Source: Trueperaceae bacterium
Lineage (GTDB): Bacteria; Deinococcota; Deinococci; Deinococcales; Trueperaceae
DNA length: 64,000 bases
Reading direction: 5' to 3'
Assembly: GCA_965213705.1 (NCBI GenBank)
Contig: OZ243913.1
Location: forward strand, 448,001-512,000
The notes under the pieces are model-generated. The model saw only the letters and a program-made list of their open reading frames with translations. It did no database searches and had not been told where the DNA came from. Position numbers and translations under genes: made by a program. Numbering within the stretch: position 1 is the stretch's first letter; every line of letters starts with the position of its first letter. This document shows, piece after piece, positions 61,696 to 64,000 of the stretch.

Positions 61696-61954
61696 TCTCG
61701 AGAGTTCAAACGAAAAACGGGACCAAGGGAACGCCTTGCAAAGCTCAAATAGCCACACGGCTGACGCGGTGTCGAAGAGAAGTAAGCCTCTTGAAAAGTT
61801 GGGTGAGAGCGGGCGTGGTTAGGTTCCTTGTCAGTCTCGCCACTGCGGCACTTCGTCTCGGGCAGAAGTTGGTCCGGCGCAAGTCAAGCCGAGGGCGCAG
61901 ACCTTGCTGAACGGTATTGTGAGGGCGTTGACTGTCGCCGCGTTGCCCGCAACC

Positions 61955-61983
61955 TTGCAATGTGCGGCTCTATTCGCTATACT
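61955..61983 (+). promoter_or_regulatory. Sigma70 promoter of rplU-rpmA (TTGCAA-N17-TATACT)
   Basis: Consensus-like boxes with 17-nt spacing. Confidence 0.65.
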
Positions 61984-62103
61984 CACGAGCTGGTCGCGGG
62001 AACTTAGTTGATAGAGCCCGACCGTTTATTTTGGTTTGTTTTAACTGCAGGGCTGTCCCAGCCTGCCCCAACTATTCGCTGGTCAATACTCGGAGGTAAG
62101 TTG

Positions 62104-62409
62104 ATGTTTGCAATCGTTCAAAGTGGCGGTAAGCAGTACCGTGTGGCAGAGGGTGACGTCGTGCGGTTGGAGGGTTTGGCCGCCCAACCCGGCGAGCGCG
62201 TGCAGTTGCCGGTCATGATGGTGGGCGGCGACAGCGTCCGGGTGGGCACGCCGCTCGTCGACGGCGCTTCGGTGCAGGCCGAGGTTTTGGCCCACGGCCG
62301 CGGCGAAAAAATCTACATTTACAAGTTCAAGGCCAAGTCGAACTATCGTCGCAAAAACGGTCACCGTCAGCCGTACACAGAGGTTCGCATCATGGAAATC
62401 AGCGCCTAA
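62104..62409 (+). CDS. rplU: 50S ribosomal protein L21
   Basis: [14 protein letters not shown]...GHRQPYT; GGAGG RBS. Confidence 0.97.
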   Translation: MFAIVQSGGKQYRVAEGDVVRLEGLAAQPGERVQLPVMMVGGDSVRVGTPLVDGASVQAEVLAHGRGEKIYIYKFKAKSNYRRKNGHRQPYTEVRIMEISA

Positions 62410-62421
62410 AGGAGAGTTGCA

Positions 62422-62706
62422 ATGGCCCACAAAAAAGGTGTAGGCAGTTCGAAGAACGGTCGTGACAGCGAGTCCAAGCGCTTGGGCGTCAAGCGCTTCG
62501 GCGGTGAGACCGTTTTGGCAGGCAATATTCTGGTGCGTCAGCGCGGCACCAAGTTCAAACCCGGGTTGAACGTCGGTCAGGGCAAGGATTTCACCCTGTT
62601 CGCGCTGCGCGACGGCGTGGTGAACTTTCACGACAAAGGCCGCAAGGGCCGCTTTATCAGCGTCGCCGAGGCCGAAACCGGGTCCGAAGCCGTCGCGGCT
62701 GATTGA
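62422..62706 (+). CDS. rpmA: 50S ribosomal protein L27
   Basis: [29 protein letters not shown]. Confidence 0.98.
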   Translation: MAHKKGVGSSKNGRDSESKRLGVKRFGGETVLAGNILVRQRGTKFKPGLNVGQGKDFTLFALRDGVVNFHDKGRKGRFISVAEAETGSEAVAAD

Positions 62707-62720
62707 GGTTTGCTCAGCGT

Positions 62721-62757
62721 AAAGCGCGGGTCGTTGTCAGGCTCGCGCTTTTTCTTT
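62721..62757 (+). terminator. Intrinsic terminator after rpmA
   Basis: AAAGCGCGGG...CTCGCGCTTT stem followed by a T run. Confidence 0.7.
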
Positions 62758-62916
62758 GCTAAGGAAAGTGCCGAATACCGAGTAAAAAGTTGAAAGTATA
62801 GTCAACAGCTTTTTCTCCCTATCTCCTACGCTCACTTGCTTTTAACTCCCTTTCTTCCCCACCTCTTTCCTCTCTTCTCACCGGGCAGCACCTGAGCCCC
62901 CAGAAAGTTTGTAGCT

Positions 62917-64000
62917 ATGGCGTTTCGCGACATTTTGGACATCACGGTGCAGGGCGGCAAGGGCGGGGACGGCGGCATGTCGTTTTTACGGCTGAAGTAC
63001 GTGCCCAAGGGCGGACCCGACGGCGGGCACGGCGGGGACGGCGGCAACGTGTTTTTAGAAGCCGTCGACGACGTGACTTCGCTCGACCGGTTGGTCGGGC
63101 GGCAACTTCACAGGGCGGGTACGGGCGCGCAAGGCGAAGGGCGTCAAAGAGACGGCGCGCGCGGTGAAGACATGACCCTTACGGTGCCTATCGGCACGAC
63201 GGCTTATGACCGCGACACGGGCGAGGTCTTGGCCGACCTCGTCACCGTCGGGCAAACGGCCCTGGTTGCGGCGGGCGGCTCGGGCGGGCGCGGCAACGCG
63301 GCCTTTGCGAGTTCGACGCGGCGCGCGCCGCGGTTTGCCGAGTACGGCACCAAGGGGGAGCGGCGGCGGGTACGCCTCGAGCTGCGCTCGATTGCCGACA
63401 TCGGCCTGGTGGGCTACCCGAACGCGGGCAAGTCCAGCCTGCTCGCCGCGCTGTCCAACGCCAAGCCCGAGGTCGCTGCTTACCCGTTCACCACGCTCAG
63501 CCCGAACTTGGGCGTGGTCGAGCAGGACATGCAGCGCTTTACGATGGCCGACATTCCCGGCATCATCGAAGACGCGCACAAAGGCAAGGGTTTGGGGCTG
63601 GAGTTTTTGCGCCACATCTCGAGAACGCGGCTGCTCGTTTACGTCCTGGACATCGCCGACGACCCCGCGGCGACGCTCTCAGCCCTACAGCACGAACTGC
63701 GCGAGTACGACCCGAAACTGCTCGAGCTGCCCGCCCTAATTGTGCTCAACAAAATCGACCTGGCGGGCGCAGAGGAGGTTGACGCGGCCGTCGCCGAACT
63801 CACCGAGTTCGGTCTGGCGGTGGTGCCGGTTTCGGCTTCGGAAGGGCTCAACTTAGACGACCTCAAAACCACCTTGTTCGCGCTCCTTCCGGCCAAACCC
63901 GTGCTCGCGCCCGCGGCGCAGACCGCCCGGCGTGTCAAGGTGGAGCCTGTCACCGTCAAACGCGCCATGAGCGGCCAGGGTTGGGTCGTGTCGGGTCCGG
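62917..64000 (+). CDS. obgE: Obg GTPase (runs off the window's right edge)
   Basis: [51 protein letters not shown]. Confidence 0.96.
   Translation, partial: MAFRDILDITVQGGKGGDGGMSFLRLKYVPKGGPDGGHGGDGGNVFLEAVDDVTSLDRLVGRQLHRAGTGAQGEGRQRDGARGEDMTLTVPIGTTAYDRDTGEVLADLVTVGQTALVAAGGSGGRGNAAFASSTRRAPRFAEYGTKGERRRVRLELRSIADIGLVGYPNAGKSSLLAALSNAKPEVAAYPFTTLSPNLGVVEQDMQRFTMADIPGIIEDAHKGKGLGLEFLRHISRTRLLVYVLDIADDPAATLSALQHELREYDPKLLELPALIVLNKIDLAGAEEVDAAVAELTEFGLAVVPVSASEGLNLDDLKTTLFALLPAKPVLAPAAQTARRVKVEPVTVKRAMSGQGWVVSGP

Overview
GC-rich (~60-65% by eye) bacterial chromosomal window. It is most likely Deinococcota/Trueperaceae-like; this is an inference from the rpmA/obgE sequences, many leaderless genes with a TANNNT -10 box just before the start codon, and strong CTCGAG enrichment. 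The left half (3.3-25.7 kb) is an amino-sugar/glycoside utilisation region: two CUT1 sugar ABC systems, an Opp-type ABC system, a GH3 beta-N-acetylhexosaminidase, nanE, an RpiR regulator, DUF4127-like and FAD-oxidoreductase genes, and two Gfo/Idh/MocA genes plus a TIM-barrel isomerase. The middle holds mixed housekeeping genes (ECF sigma, RocB-like M20 peptidase, serB, menA, glgX) and two back-to-back vapBC-type TA pairs. The right half is a myo-inositol operon (ABC, iolG, iolD, iolE, mmsA/iolA, iolC). Its genes are interleaved, on the same strand, with accessory or defence cargo: a vapBC pair, a low-GC TerY-P triad (vWA, PP2C, kinase), an orphan antitoxin, a candidate ART-like toxin/immunity pair flanked by a duplicated GNAT 3' end, a low-GC UvrD helicase with an inserted PD-(D/E)XK-like nuclease, and a vapC pseudogene. 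The window ends with rplU-rpmA-obgE. I saw no rRNA, tRNA, CRISPR array, transposase or integrase. All family calls come from motif recognition, not database searches.
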